Shown one piece after another: positions 41,800-55,619 of a stretch of DNA of 64,000 nt. The DNA lies in contig OZ024742.1 in NCBI GenBank assembly GCA_964016885.1, forward strand, positions 167,834,001-167,898,000, given 5' to 3'. This DNA comes from Eledone cirrhosa (lineage: Eukaryota). The notes below the pieces were generated by a model, which did not search any database, was not told the origin of the DNA, and worked only from the letters and a program-made list of their open reading frames with translations. Both the position numbers and the translations under genes were made by a program. Every line of letters begins with the position of its first letter. Within the stretch, counting starts at the first letter, position 1.

Positions 41800-44700
41800 C
41801 CAGCCGTCCAAGGGAAGATAATTTCAAGCCCTCCAAGGGGCTATAATTTCCAGTGTCCAAGGGGAGATAATTTCCAGCCAGCGAAGGGGAGATAATTTTT
41901 TTTTAAAAATCAGGGGGAGATTTGTAAAAAAAATCAGGGGGAGATAATTTGTAAAAAAAATCAAGGGGAGATAATTTCCAGCCGTCGAAGGGAAGATAAT
42001 TTCCAGCCCTCCAAGGGGCTATAATTTCCAGCGTCCAAGGGGAGATAATTTCCAGCCAGCGAAGGGGAGATAATTTTTTAAAAAAAATCATTGGGAGATT
42101 TGTAAAAAAAATCAGGGAGAGATAATTTGTAAAAAAAATCAAGGGGAGATAATTTCCAGCCGTCCAAGGGGAGGTAATATCTAGCCGTCCAAGGGGAGAT
42201 AATTTCCAGCCGTCCAAGGGGAGATAATTTCCAGCCGTCCAAGGGTAGATAATATCCAGCCGTCCAAGTAGACATTTTCCAGCCGTCCAAGGAGAGGTAA
42301 TTTCTAGCCGTCCAAGGGGAGATAAATTCCAGCCTCCAAGGGGAGATAATTTCCAGCCAGCCAAGGGGAGATAATTTGTAAAAAAATCAGGGGGAGATAA
42401 TTTGTAAAAAAATCAGGGGGAGATAATTTGTAAAAAAAAATCAGGGGGAGATAATTTGTAAAAAAAAATCAGGGGGAGATAATTTGTAAAAAAAAATCAG
42501 GGGGAGATAATTTGTAAAAAAAATCAAGGGGAGATAATTTCCAGCCGTCCAAGGGGAGATAATTTTCAGCCGTCCAAGGGGAGATAATTTCCAGCCGTCC
42601 AAGGGGAGATAATTTCCATCCTTCCAAGGGGAGATAATTTCCAGCCGTCCAAGGGGAGATAATTTCCCGCCAACCAAGGGAAGATAATTTTTAAAAAAAT
42701 CAGGCGGAGATTGTAAAAAAAATCAGGGGGAGATAATTTGTAAAAAAAAATCAGGGGGAGATAATTTGTAAAAAAAAATCAGGGGGAGATAATTTGTAAA
42801 AAAAATAAGGGGGAGATAATTTGTAAAAAAAAATCAGGGGGAGATAATTTGTAAAAAAAATCAAGGGGAGATAATTTGCAGCCGTCCAAGGAGAGATAAT
42901 TTTCAGCCGTCCAAGGAGAGGTAATTTCTAGCCGTCCAAGGTGAGATAATATCCAGCCGTCCAAGGGGAGATAATTTCCAGCCGTCCAAGGGGAGGTAAT
43001 TTAAAAAAAAAAACAGGCGAAGATAATTTGTAAAAAAAAATCAGGGGGAGGTAATTTGTAAAAAAAATCAAGGGGAGATAATTTCCAGCCGTCCAAGGGA
43101 AGATAATTTCCAGCCCTCCAAGGGGCTATAATTTCCAGCGTCCAAGGGGAGATAATTTCCAGCCAGCGAAAGGGGAGATAATTTTTTTTTTTTTAAATCA
43201 GGGGAACATAATTTGTAAAAAAAATCAGGGGGAGATAATTTGTAAAAAAAATCAAGGGGAGATAATTTGTAAAAAAAAATCAGGGGGAGATAATTTGTAA
43301 AAAAAAATCAGGGGGAGATAATTTGTAAAAAAAATCAAGGGGAGATAATTTGTAAAAAAAAATCAAGGGGAGATAATTTCCAGCCGTCCAAGGGGAGATA
43401 ATTTTCAGCCGTCCAAGGGGAGATAATTTCCCGCCAGCCAAGGAAAGATAATATTTAAAAAAATCAGGCGGAGATAATTTGTAAAAAAAATCAGGGGGAG
43501 ATAATTTGTAAAAAAATCAGGGGGAGATAATTTGTAAAAAAAAAATCAGGGGTAGATAATTTGTAAAAAAAAATCAGGGGGAGATAATTTGTAAAAAAAA
43601 ATCAGGGGGAGATAATTTGTAAAAAAAATCAATTGGAGATAATTTCCAGCCGTCCAAGGGGAGATAATTTTCAGCCGTCCAAGGAGAGGTAATTTCTAGA
43701 CGTCCAAGGGGAGAAAATTTCCAGCCGTCCAAGGGGAGATAATTTCCAGCCGTCCAAGGGTAGATAATATCCAGCCGTCCAAGGAGACATATTTTCCAGC
43801 TTTCCAAGGAGAGGTAATTTCTATCCGTCCAAGGGGAGATAAATTCCAGCCTCCAAGGGGAGATAATTTCCAGCCAGCCAAGGGGAGATAATTTGTAAAA
43901 AAATCAGGGGGAGATAATTTGTAAAAAAAATCAGGGGGAGATAATTTGTAAAAAAAATCAGGGGGAGATAATTTGTAAAAAAAATCAGGGGGAGATAATT
44001 TGTAAAAAAAATCAAGGGGAGATAATTTCCAGCCGTCCAAGGGGAGATAATTTTCAGCCGTCCAAGGGGAGATAATTTCCCGCCAGCCAAGGGAAGATAA
44101 TATTTAAAAAATGAGGCGGAGATAATTTGTAAAAAAAATCAGGGGGAGATAATTTGTAAAAAAATCAGGGGGAGATAATTTGTAAAAAAAAAATCAGGGG
44201 GAGATAATTTGTAAAAAAAATCAGGGGGAGATAATTTGTAAAAAAAAATCAGGGGTAGATAATTTGTAAAAAAAAATCAGGGGGAGATAATTTGTAAAAA
44301 AAATCAGGGGGAGATAATTTGTAAAAAAATCAAGGGGAGATAATTTCCAGCCGTCCAAGGGAAGATAATTTCAAGCCCTCCAAGGGGCTATAATTTCCAG
44401 TGTCCAAGGGGAGATAATTTCCAGCCAGCGAAGGGGAGATAATTTTTTTTTAAAAATCAGGGGGAGATTTGTAAAAAAAATCAGGGGGAGATAATTTGTA
44501 AAAAAAATCAAAGGGAGATAATTTCCAGCCGTCCAAAGATAGATAATTTCTAGCCGTCCAAGGGGAGATAATTTCGAGCCAAGGGGAGATAATTTCCAGC
44601 CGTCCAAGGGGAGATAATTTTTTAAAAAATCAGGTGGAGATAATTTGTAAAAAAAATCAGGGGGAGATAATTTGTAAAAACAAAATCAAGGGCAGATAAT

Positions 44701-44890
44701 TTCCAGCTGTCCAAGGGGAGATAATTTCCAGCCGTACAAGGGGAGATAATTTCCAGCCGTCCAAGGGGAGATAATTTCCATCCTTCCAAGGGGAGATAAT
44801 TTCCAGCCGTCCAAGGGGAGATAATTTCCCGCCAGCCAAGGGAAGATAATTTTTTAAAAAATCAGGCGGAGATTGTAAAAAAAATCAGGG
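41800..44890 (+). repeat. Dispersed copy of blocks from about 14.9-19 kb
   Basis: ORF pairs 17391/41903 (24512), 15285/43574 and 15407/43696 (28289), 16340/44657 (28317); shared GGAACATAAT, CTAGACGTCC, TTCGAGCC and AAATGAGGCGG variants. Confidence 0.8.
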
Positions 44891-46949
44891 GGAGATAATT
44901 TGTAAAAAAAATCAAGGGGAGATAATTTCCAGCCGTCCAAGGGGAGATAATTTCCAGCCGTCCAAGGGGAGATAAATTTTTTAAAAAAAATCAGGCGGAG
45001 ATAATTTGTAAAAAAAATCAGGGGGAGATAATTTGTAAAAAAAAATCAGGGGGAGATAATTTGTAAAAAAAATCAGGGGGAGATAATTTCCAGCCGTCCA
45101 AGGTAAGATAATTTCCAGTCCTCCAAGGGGCTATAATTTCCAGCATCCAAGGGGAGATAATTTCCAGCCGTCCAAGGGTAGATAATATCCAGCCGTCCAA
45201 GTAGACATATTTTCCAGCCGTCCAAGGAGAGGTAATTTCTAGCCGTCCAAGGGGAGATAAATTCCAGCCTCCAAGGGGAGATAATTTCCAGCCAGCCAAG
45301 GGGAGATAATTTGTAAAAAAATCAGGGGGAGATAATTTGTAAAAAAAATCGGGGAGATAATTTGTAAAAAAAAATCAGGGGGAGATAATTTGTAAAAAAA
45401 AATCAGGGGGAGATAATTTCCAGCCGTCCAAGGGGAGATAATTATCAGCCGTCCAAGGGTAGATAATATCCAGCCGTCCAAGTAGACATTTTCCAGCCGT
45501 CCAAGGAGAGGTAATTTCTAGCCGTCCAAGGGGAGATAAATTCCAGCCTCCAAGGGGAGATAATTTCCAGCCAGCCAAGAAGAGATAATTTGTAAAATAA
45601 AATCAGGGGGAGATAATTTGTAAAAAAAAATCAGGGGGAGATAATTTGTAAAAAAAAATCAGGGGGAGATAATTTGTAAAAAAAATCAAGGGGAGATAAT
45701 TTCCAGCCGTCCAAGGGGAGATAATTTTCAGCCGTCCAAGGGGAGATAATTTCCAGCCGTCCAAGGGGAGATAATTTCCATCCTTCCAAGGGGAGATAAT
45801 TTCCAGCCTTCCAAGGGGAGATAATTTTCAGCCGTCCAAGGGGAGATGATTTCCCGCCAGCCAAGGGAAGATAATATTTTAAAAAATCAGGCGGAGATAA
45901 TTTGTAAAAAAAATCAGGGGGAGATAATTTGTAAAAAAATCAGGGGGAGATAATTTGTAAAAAAAAATCAGGGGGAGATAATTTGTAAAAAAAATCAGGG
46001 GGAGATAATTTGTAAAAAAAAATCAGGGGTAGATAATTTGTAAAAAAAAATCAGGGGGAGATAATTTGTAAAAAAAAATCAGGGGGAGATAATTTGTAAA
46101 AAAAATCAAGGGGAGATAATTTCCAGCCGTCCAAGGAGAGATAATTTAAAAAAAAAATCAGGCGGAGATAATTTGTAAAAAAAATCAAGGGGAGATAATT
46201 TGTAAAAAAAAATCAGGGGGAGATAATTTGTAAAAAAAATCAAGGGGAGATAATTTCCAGCCGTCCAAGGGAAGATAATTTCCAGCACTCCAAGGGGCTA
46301 TAATTTCCAGTGTCCAAGGGGAGATAATTTCCAGCCAGCGAAGGGGAGATAATTTTTTTTAAAAAATCAGGGGGAGATATGTAAAAAAAATCAGAGGGAG
46401 ATAATTTCTAAAAATATCAAAGGGAGATAATTTCCAGCCGTCCAAAGAGAGATAATTTCTAGCCGTCCAAGGGGAGATAATTTCCAGCCAAGGGAAGATA
46501 ATTTCCAGCCGTCCAAGGGGAGATAATTATTTAAAAAATCAGGTGGAGATAATTTGTAAAAAAAATCAGGGGGAGATAATTTGTAAAAACAAAATCAAGG
46601 GCAGATAATTTCCAGCTGTCCAAGGGGAGATAATTTCCAGCCGTGCAAGGGGAGATAATTTCCAGCCGTCCAAGGGGAGATAATTTCCATCCTTCCAAGG
46701 GGAGATAATCTCCAGCCGTCCAAGGGGAGATAATTTCCCGCCAGCCAAGGGAAGATAATTTTTAAAAAAATCAGGCGGAGATTGTAAAAAAAATCAGGGG
46801 GAGATAATTTGTAAAAAAATCAGGGGGAGATAATTTGTAAAAAAAAAATCAGGGGAGATAATTTGTAAAAAAAAATCAGGGGGAGATAATTTGTAAAAAA
46901 AAAATCAGGGGGAGATAATTTGTAAAAAAAAATCAGGGGGAGATAATTT

Positions 46950-49250
46950 GTAAAAAAAAATCAAGGGGAGATAATTTGTAAAAAAAATCAGGGGGAGATA
47001 ATTAGTAAAAAAATCAAGGGGAGATAATTTCCAGCCGTCCAAGGGGAGGTAATATCTAGCCGTCCAAGGGGAGATAATTTCCAGCCGTCCAAGGGGAGAT
47101 AATTTCCAGCCGTCCAAGGGCAGATAATATCCAGCCGTCCAAGTAGACATATTTTCCAGCCGTCCAAGGAGAGGTAATTTCTAGCCGTCCAAGGGGAGAT
47201 AAATTCCAGCCTCCAAGGGGAGATAATTTCCAGCCAGCCAAGGGGAGATAATTTGTAAAAAAATCAGGGGGAGATAATTTGTAAAAAAAATCAGGGGGAG
47301 ATGATTTGTAAAAAAAAATCAGGGGGAGATAATTTGTAAAAAAAATCAGGGGGAGATAATTTGTAAAAAAAAATCAGGGGGTGATAATTTGTAAAAAAAA
47401 ATCAGGGGGAGATAATTTGTAAAAAAAAATCAGGGGGAGATAATTTGTAAAAAAAATCAAGGGGAGATAATTTCCAGCCGTCCAAGGGGAGATAATTTCC
47501 AGCCGTCCAAGGGGAGGTAATATCTAGCCGTCCAAGGGGAGATAATTTCCAGCCGTCCAAGAGGAGATAATTTCCAGCCGTCCAACGGAAGATAATTTCA
47601 AGCCCTCCAAGGGGCTATAATTTCCAGTGTCCAAGGGGAGATAATTTCCAGCCAGCGAAGGGGAGATAATTTTTTTTTAAAAATCAGGGGGAGATAATTT
47701 GTAAAAAAAATCAAGGGGAGATAATTTCCAGCCGTCGAAGGGAAGATAATTTCCAGCCCTCCAAGGGGCTATAATTTCCAGCGTCCAAGGGGAGATAATT
47801 TCCAGCCAGCGAAGGGGAGATAATTTTTAAAAAAAAATCATTGGGAGATTTGTAAAAAAAATCAGGGAGAGATAATTTGTAAAAAAAATCAAGGGGAGAT
47901 AATTTCCAGCCGTCCAAGGGGAGGTAATATCTAGCCGTCCAAGGGGAGATAATTTCCAGCCGTCCAAGGGGAGATAATTTCCAGCCGTCCAAGGGTAGAT
48001 AATATCCAGCCGTCCAAGTAGACATTTTCCAGCCGTCCAAGGAGAGGTAATTTCTAGCCGTCCAAGGGGAGATAAATTCCAGCCTCCAAGGGGAGATAAT
48101 TTCCAGCCAGCCAAGGGGAGATAATTTGTAAAAAAATCAGGGGGAGATAATTTGTAAAAAGAATCAGGGGGAGATAATTTGTAAAAAAAATCAGGGGGAG
48201 ATAATTTGTAAAAAAAAATCAGGGGGAGATAATTTGTAAAAAAAAATCAGGGGGAGATAATTTGTAAAAAAAATCAAGGGGAGATAATTTCCAGCCGTCC
48301 AAGGGGAGATAATTTTCAGCAGTCCAAGGGGAGATAATTTCCAGCCGTCCAAGGGGAGATAATTTCCAGCCGTCCAAGGGGAGATAATTTCCAGCCGTCC
48401 AAGGGGAGATAGTTTTTTTAAAAAAATCAGGCGGAGATAATTTGTAAAAAAAAAATCAGGGGGAGATAATTTGTAAAAAAAAATCAGGGGGAGATAATTT
48501 GTAAAAAAAATCAAGGGGAGATAATTTGTAAAAAAAATCAGGGGGAGATAATTAGTAAAAAAATCAAGGGGAGATAATTTCCAGCCGTCCAAGGGGAGGT
48601 AATATCTAGCCGTCCAAGGGGAGATAATTTCCAGCCGTCCAAGGGGAGATAATTTCCAGCCGTCCAAGGGTAGATAATATCCAGCCGTCCAAGTAGACAT
48701 ATTTTCCAGCCGTCCAAGGAGAGGTAATTTCTAGCCGTCCAAGGGGAGATAAATTCCAGCCTCCAAGGGGAGATAATTTCCAGCCAGCCAAGGGGAGATA
48801 ATTTGTAAAAAAATCAGGAGGAGATAATTTGTAAAAAAAATCAGGGGGAGATAATTTGTAAAAAAAATCAGGGGGAGATAATTTGTAAAAAAAATCAGGG
48901 GGAGATAATTTGTAAAAAAAAATCAGGGGGAGATAATTTGTAAAAAAAAATCAGGGGGAGATAATTTGTAAAAAAAATCAAGGGGAGATAATTTCCAGCC
49001 GTCCAAGGGGAGATAATTTCCAGCCGTCCAAGGGGAGGTAATATCTAGCCGTCCAAGGGGAGATAATTTCCAGCCGTCCAAGAGGAGATAATTTCCAGCC
49101 GTCCAAGGGAAGATAATTTCAAGCCCTCCAAGGGGCTATAATTTCCAGTGTCCAAGGGGAGATAATTTCCAGCCAGCGAAGGGGAGATAATTTTTTTTAA
49201 AAAATCAGGGGGAGATTTGTAAAAAAAATCAGGGGGAGATAATTTGTAAA
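46950..49250 (+). repeat. Direct repeat pair with 1.55-kb offset (about 46950-47700 and 48500-49250)
   Basis: ATTAGTAAAA at 47001/48551 and ORFs 47056/48606 are both offset by 1550. Confidence 0.75.
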
Positions 49251-52200
49251 AAAAATCAAGGGGAGATAATTTCCAGCCGTCGAAGGGGAGATAATTTCCA
49301 GCCAGCGAAGGGGAGATAATTTTTTTTTAAAAATCAGGGGGAGATTTGTAAAAAAAATCAGGGGGAGATAATTTGTAAAAAAAAATCAGGGGGAGATAAT
49401 TTGTAAAAAAAATCAATTGGAGATAATTTCCAGCCGTCCAAGTAGAGATAATTTAAAAAAAAAATCAGGCGGAGATAATTTGTAAAAAAAAATCAGGGGG
49501 AGATAATTTGTAAAAAAAAATCAGGGGTAGATAATTTGTAAAAAAAAATCAGGGGGATGATAATTTGTAAAAAAATCAGGGGGAGATAATTTGTAAAAAA
49601 AATCAAGGGGAGATAATTTCCAGCCGTCGAAGGGAAGATAATTTCCAGCCCTCCAAGGGGCTATAATTTCCAGCGTCCAAGGGGAGATAATTTCCAGCCA
49701 GCGAAGGGGAGATAATTTTTTTTAAAAAAACCATTGGGAGATTTGTAAAAAAAATCAGGGGGAGATAATTTGTAAAAAAAATCAAGGGGAGATAATTTCC
49801 AGCCGTCCAAGGGGAGGTAATATCTAGCCGTCCAAGGGGAGATAATTTCCAGCCGTCCAAGGGGAGATAATTTCCAGCCGTCCAAGGGTAGATAATATCC
49901 AGCCGTCCAAGTAGACATTTTCCAGCCGTCCAAGGAGAGGTAATTTCTAGCCGTCCAAGGGGAGATAAATTCCAGCCTCCAAGGGGAGATAATTTCCCGC
50001 CAGCCAAGGGAAGATAATTTTAAAAAAAATCAGGCGGAGATTGTAAAAAAAATCAGGGGGAGATAATTTGTAAAAAAATCAGGGGGAGATAATTTGTAAA
50101 AAAAAATCAGGGGGAGATAATTTGTAAAAAAAAATCAGGGGGAGATAATTTGTAAAAAAATCAAGGGGAGATAATATGCAGCTGTCCAAGGGGAGATAAT
50201 TTTCAGCCGTCCAAGGGGAGATAATTTCCCGCCAGCCAAGGGAAGATAATATTTAAAAAAATCAGGGGGAGATAATTCGTAAAAAAAAATCAGGGGGAGA
50301 TAATTTGTAAAAAAAATCAGGGGGAGATAATTTGTAAAAAAAATCAAGGGGAGATAATTTCCAGCCGTCCAAGGGAAGATAATTTCCAGCCCTCCAAGGG
50401 GCTATAATTTCCAACGTCCAAGGGGAGATAATTTCCAGCCAGCGAAGGGGAGATAATTTTTTTAAAAAAATCACTGGGAGATTTGTAAAAAAAATCAGGG
50501 GGAGATAATTTGTAAAAAAAATCAAGGGGAGATAATTTCCAGCCGTCCAAAGAGAGATAATTTCTAGCCGTCCAAGGGGAGATAATTCCCAGCCAAGGGG
50601 AGATAATTTCCAGCCGTCCAAGGGGAGATAATTTTTAAAAAATCAGGTGGAGATAATTTGTAAAAAAAATCAGTGGAAGATAATTTGTAAAAACAAAATC
50701 AAGGGCAGATAATTTCCAGCCGTCCAAGGGGAGATAATTTCCCGCCAGCCAAGGTAGGATAATATTTAAAAAAATCAGGCGGAGATAATTTGTAAAAAAA
50801 ATCAGGGGGAGATAATTTGTAAAAAAATCAGGAGGAGATAATTTGTAAAAGAAAAATCAGGGTGAGATAATTTGTAAAAAAAATCAGGGGGAGATAATTT
50901 GTAAAAAAAAATCAGGGGTAGATAATTTGTAAAAAAAAATCAGGGGGAGATAATTTGTAAAAAAAATCAAGAGGAGATAATTTCCAGCCGTCCAAGGAGA
51001 GATAATTTAAAAAAAAAATCAGGCGGAGATAATTTGTAAAAAAATCAAGGGGAGATAATTTCCAGCCGTCCAAGGGAAGATAATTTCCAGCCCTCCAAGG
51101 GGCTATAATTTCCAGTGTCCAAGGGGAGATAATTTCCAGCCAGCGAAGGGGAGATAATTTTTTTAAAAAAATCAGGGGGAGATTTGTAAAAAAAATCAGA
51201 GGGAGATAATTTGTAAAAAAAATCAAAGGGAGATAATTTCCAGCCGTCCAAAGAGAGATAATTTCTAGCCGTCCAAGGGGAGATAATTTCCAGCCAAGGG
51301 GAGATAATTTCCAGCCGTGCAAGGGGAGATAATTTCCAGCCGTCGAAGGGGAGATAATTTCCATCCTTCCAAGGGGAGATAATTTCCAGCTGTCCAAGGG
51401 GAGATAATTTCCCGCCAGCCAAGGGAAGATAATTTTTTAAAAAATCAGGCGGAGATTGTAAAAAAATTCAGGGGGAGATAATTTGTAAAAAAATCAGGGG
51501 CAGATAATTTGTAAAAAAAAAATCAGGGGGAGATAATTTGTAAAAAAAAATCAGGGGGAGATAATTTGTAAAAAAAAATCAGGGGGAGATAATTTGTAAA
51601 AAAGATTAAGGGGAGATAATTTGCAGCCGTCCAAGGGGAGATAATTTTCAGCCGTCCAAGGAGAGGTAATTTCTAGCCGTCCAAGGGGAGATAATTTCCA
51701 GCCGTCCAAGGGGAGATAATTTCCAGTCGTCCAAGGGAAGATAATTTTTTAAAAAAAATCAGGCGGAGATAATTTGTAAAAAAAAATCAGGGGGAGATAA
51801 TTTGTAAAAATTCAAGGGGAGATAATTTCCAGCCGTCCAAGGGAAGATAATTTCCAGCCCTCCAAGGGGCTATAATTTCCAGCGTCCAAGGGGAGATAAT
51901 TTCCAGCCAGCGAGGGGGAGATAATTTTTTTTAAAAAAATCAGGGGGAGATAATTTGTAAAAAAAATTAGGGGGAGATAATTTGTAAATAAAATCAAGGG
52001 GAGATAATTTCCGGCCGTCCAAAGAGAGATAATTTCTAGCCGTCCAAGGGGAGATAATTTCCAGCCAAGGGGAGATAATTTCCAGCCGTCCAAGGGGAGA
52101 TAATTTTTTAAAAAATCAGGTGGAGATAATTTGCAAAAATAATCAGGGGAAGATAATTTGTAAAAACAAAATCAAGGGCAGATAATTTCCAGCCGTCCAA

Positions 52201-53180
52201 GGGGAGATAATTTCCAGCAGTGCAAGGGGAGATAATTTCCAGCCGTCCAAGGGGAGATAATTTCCCGCCAGCCAAGGAGAGATAATATTTAAAAAAATCA
52301 GGCGGAGATAATTTGTAAAAAAAATCAGGGGGAGATAATTTGTAAAAAAATCAGGGGGAGATAATTTGTAAAAAAAATCAGGGGGAGATAATTTGTAAAA
52401 AGAAAATCAGGGGTAGATAATTTGTAAAAAAAAATCAGGGGGAGATAATTTGTAAAAAAAAAATCAGGGGGAGATAATTTGTAAAAAAATCAAGGGGAGA
52501 TAATTTGCAGCCGTCCAAGGGGAGATAATTTTCAGCCGTCCAAGGAGAGGTAATTTCTAGCCGTCCAAGGGGAGATAATTTCCAGCCGTCCAAGGGGAGA
52601 TAATTTCCAGCCGTCCAAGGGGAGATAATTTTTAAAAAGAAATCAGGCGGAGATAATTTGTAAACAAAAATCAGGGGGAGATAATTTGTAAAAAAAAATC
52701 AGGGGGAGATAATTTGTAAAAAAAATCAGGGGGAAATAATTTGTAAAAAAAATCAAGCGGAGATAATTTCCAGCCGTCCAAGGGGAGGTAATATCTAGCC
52801 ATCCAAGGGGAGATAATTTCCAGCCGTCCAAGGGGAGATAATTTCCAGCCGTCCAAGGGGAGATAATTTCCAGCCGTCCAAGGAGACATATTTTCCAGCC
52901 GTCCAAGGAGAGGTAATATCTAGCCGTACAAGGGGAGATAAATTCCAGCATCCAAGGGGAGATAATTTCCAGCCAGCCAAGGGGAGATAATTTGTAAAAA
53001 AATCAGGGGGAGATAATTTGTAAAAAAAATCAGAGGGAGATAATTTGTAAAAAAAAATCAGGGGGAGATAATTTGTAAAAAAAATCAAGGGGAGATAATT
53101 TCCAGCCGTCCAAGGGGAGATAATTTGCAGCCGTCCAAGGGGAGATAATTTCCAGCCGTCCAAGGGGAGATAAGTTGTAA
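48934..53180 (+). repeat. Long-range duplicated block, right copy (offset about 48.75-48.93 kb)
   Basis: ORF pairs 1337/50135 (48798) and 2113/50912, 2246/51045, 3013/51812 (48799), plus the private variants listed for the left copy. Confidence 0.92.
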
Positions 53181-55619
53181 AAAAAAATCAGGGGGAGATA
53201 ATTTGTAAAAAAAATCAGGGGGAGATAATTTGTAAAAAAAAATCAGGGGGAGATAATTTGTAAAAAAAATCAAGGGGAGATAATTTCCAGCCGTCCAAGG
53301 GAAGATAATTTCCAGCCCTCCAAGGGGCTATAATTTCCAGCGTCCAAGGGGAGATAATTTCCAGCCAGCGAAGGGGAGATAATTTTTTTTAAAAAATCAC
53401 TGGGAGATTTGTAAAAAAAATCAGGGGGAGATAATTTGTAAAAAAAAATCAAGGGGAGATAATTTCCAGCCGTCCAAAGAGAGATAATTTCTAGCCGTCC
53501 AAGGGGAGATAATTTCCAGCCAAGGGGAGATAATTTCCAGCCGTCCAAGGGGAGATAATTTCCCGCCAGCCAAGGGAAGATAATATTTAAAAAAATCAGG
53601 CGGAGATAATTTGTAAAAAAAATCAGGGGGAGATAATTTGTAAAATAATCAGGGGGAGATAATTTGTAAAAGAAAAATCAGGGGGAGATAATTTGTAAAA
53701 AAAATCAGGGGGAGATAATTTGTAAAAAAAATCAGGGGTAGATAATTTGTAAAAAAAATCAGGGGGAGATAATTTGTAAAAAAAAATCAGGGGTAGATAA
53801 TTTGTAAAAAAAATCAGGGGAAGATAATTTGTAAAAAAAAATCAGTGGGAGATAATTTGTAAAAAAAATCAAGGGGAGAAAATTTCCAGCCGTCCAAGGA
53901 GAGATAATTTAAAAAAAAAATCAGGCGGAGATAATTTGTAAAAAAAATCAAGGGGTTGATAATTTCCAGCCGTCCAAGGGAAGATAATTTCCAGCCCTCC
54001 AAGGGGCTATAATTTCCAGTGTCCAAGGGGAGATAATTTCCAGCCAGCGAAGGGGAGATAATTTTTTTTTAAAAATCAGGGGCAGATTTGTAAAAGAAAT
54101 CAGAGGGAGATAATTTGTAAAAAAAATCAAAGGGAGATAATTTCCAGCCGTCCAAAGAGAAATAATTTCTAGCCGTCCAAGGGGAGATAATTTCCAGCCA
54201 AGGGGAGATAATTTCCAGCCGTGCAAGGGGAGATAATTTCCAGCCGTCCAAGGGGAGATAATTTCCATCCTTCCAAGGGGAGATAATTTCCAGCCGTCCA
54301 AGGGGAGATAATTTCCCTCCAGCCAAGGGAAGATAATTTTTTAAAAAATCAGGCGGAGATTGTAAAAAAAATCAGGGGGAGATAATTTGTAAAAAAATCA
54401 GGGGGAGATAATTCGTAAAAAAAAATCAGGGGGAGATAATTTGTAAAAAAAAATCAGGGGGAGATAATTTGTAAAAAAAAATCAGGGGGAGATAATTTGT
54501 AAAAAAAATCAGGGGTAGATAATTTGTAAAAAAAATCAGGGGGAGATAATTTGTAAAAAAAAATCAGGGGGAGATAATTTGTAAAAAAAATCAAGGGGAG
54601 ATAATTTGCAGCCGTCCAAGGGGAGATAATTTTCAGCCGTCCAAGGAGAGGTAATTTCTAGCCGTCCAAGGGGAGATAATTTCCAGCCGTCCAAGGGGAG
54701 ATAATTTCCAGCCGTCCAAGGGGAGGTAATTTTTTTTAAAAAATCAGGCGGAGATAATTTGTAAAAAAAAATCAGGGGGAGATAATTTGTAAAAAAAAAT
54801 CAGGGGGAGATAATTTGTAAAAAAAATCAAGGGGAGATAATTTCCAGCCCTCCAAGGGGCTATAATTTCCAGCGTCCAAGGGGAGATAATTTCCAGCCAG
54901 CGAAGGGGAGATAATTTTTTTTAAAAAATCATTGGGAGATTTGTAAAAAAAATCAGGGGGAGATAATTTGTAAAAAAAATCAAGGGGAGATAATTTCCAG
55001 CCGTCCAAGGGGAGGTAATATCTAGCCGTCCAAGGGGAGATAATTTCCAGCCGTCCAAGGGGAGATAATTTCCAGCCGTCCAAGGGGAGATAATATCCAG
55101 CCGTCCAAGGAGACATATTTTCCAGCCGTCCAAGGAGAAGTAATTTCTAGCCGTCCAAGGTGAGATAAATTCCAGCCTCCAAGGGGAGATAATTTCCAGC
55201 CAGCCAAGGGGAGATAATTTGTAAATAATCAGGGGGAGATAATTTGTAAAAAAAATCAGGGGGAGATAATTTGTAAAAAAAAATCAGGGGGAGATAATTT
55301 GTAAAAAAAAATCAGGGGGAGATAATTTGTAAAAAAAAATCAGGGGGAGATAATTTGTAAAAAAAATCAAGGGGAGATAATTTCCAGCCGTCCAAGGGGA
55401 GATAATTTTCAGCCGTCCAAGGAGAGGTAATTTCTAGCCGTCCAAGGAGAGATAATTTCCAGCCGTCCAAGGGGAGATAATTTCCAGCCGTCCAAGGGGA
55501 GATAATTTTTTAAAAAAAATCAGGCGGATAAGTTGTAAAAAAAATCAGGGGGAGATAATTTGTAAAAAAAATCAGGGGGAGATAATTTGTAAAAAAAATC
55601 AGGGGGAGATAATTTGTAA

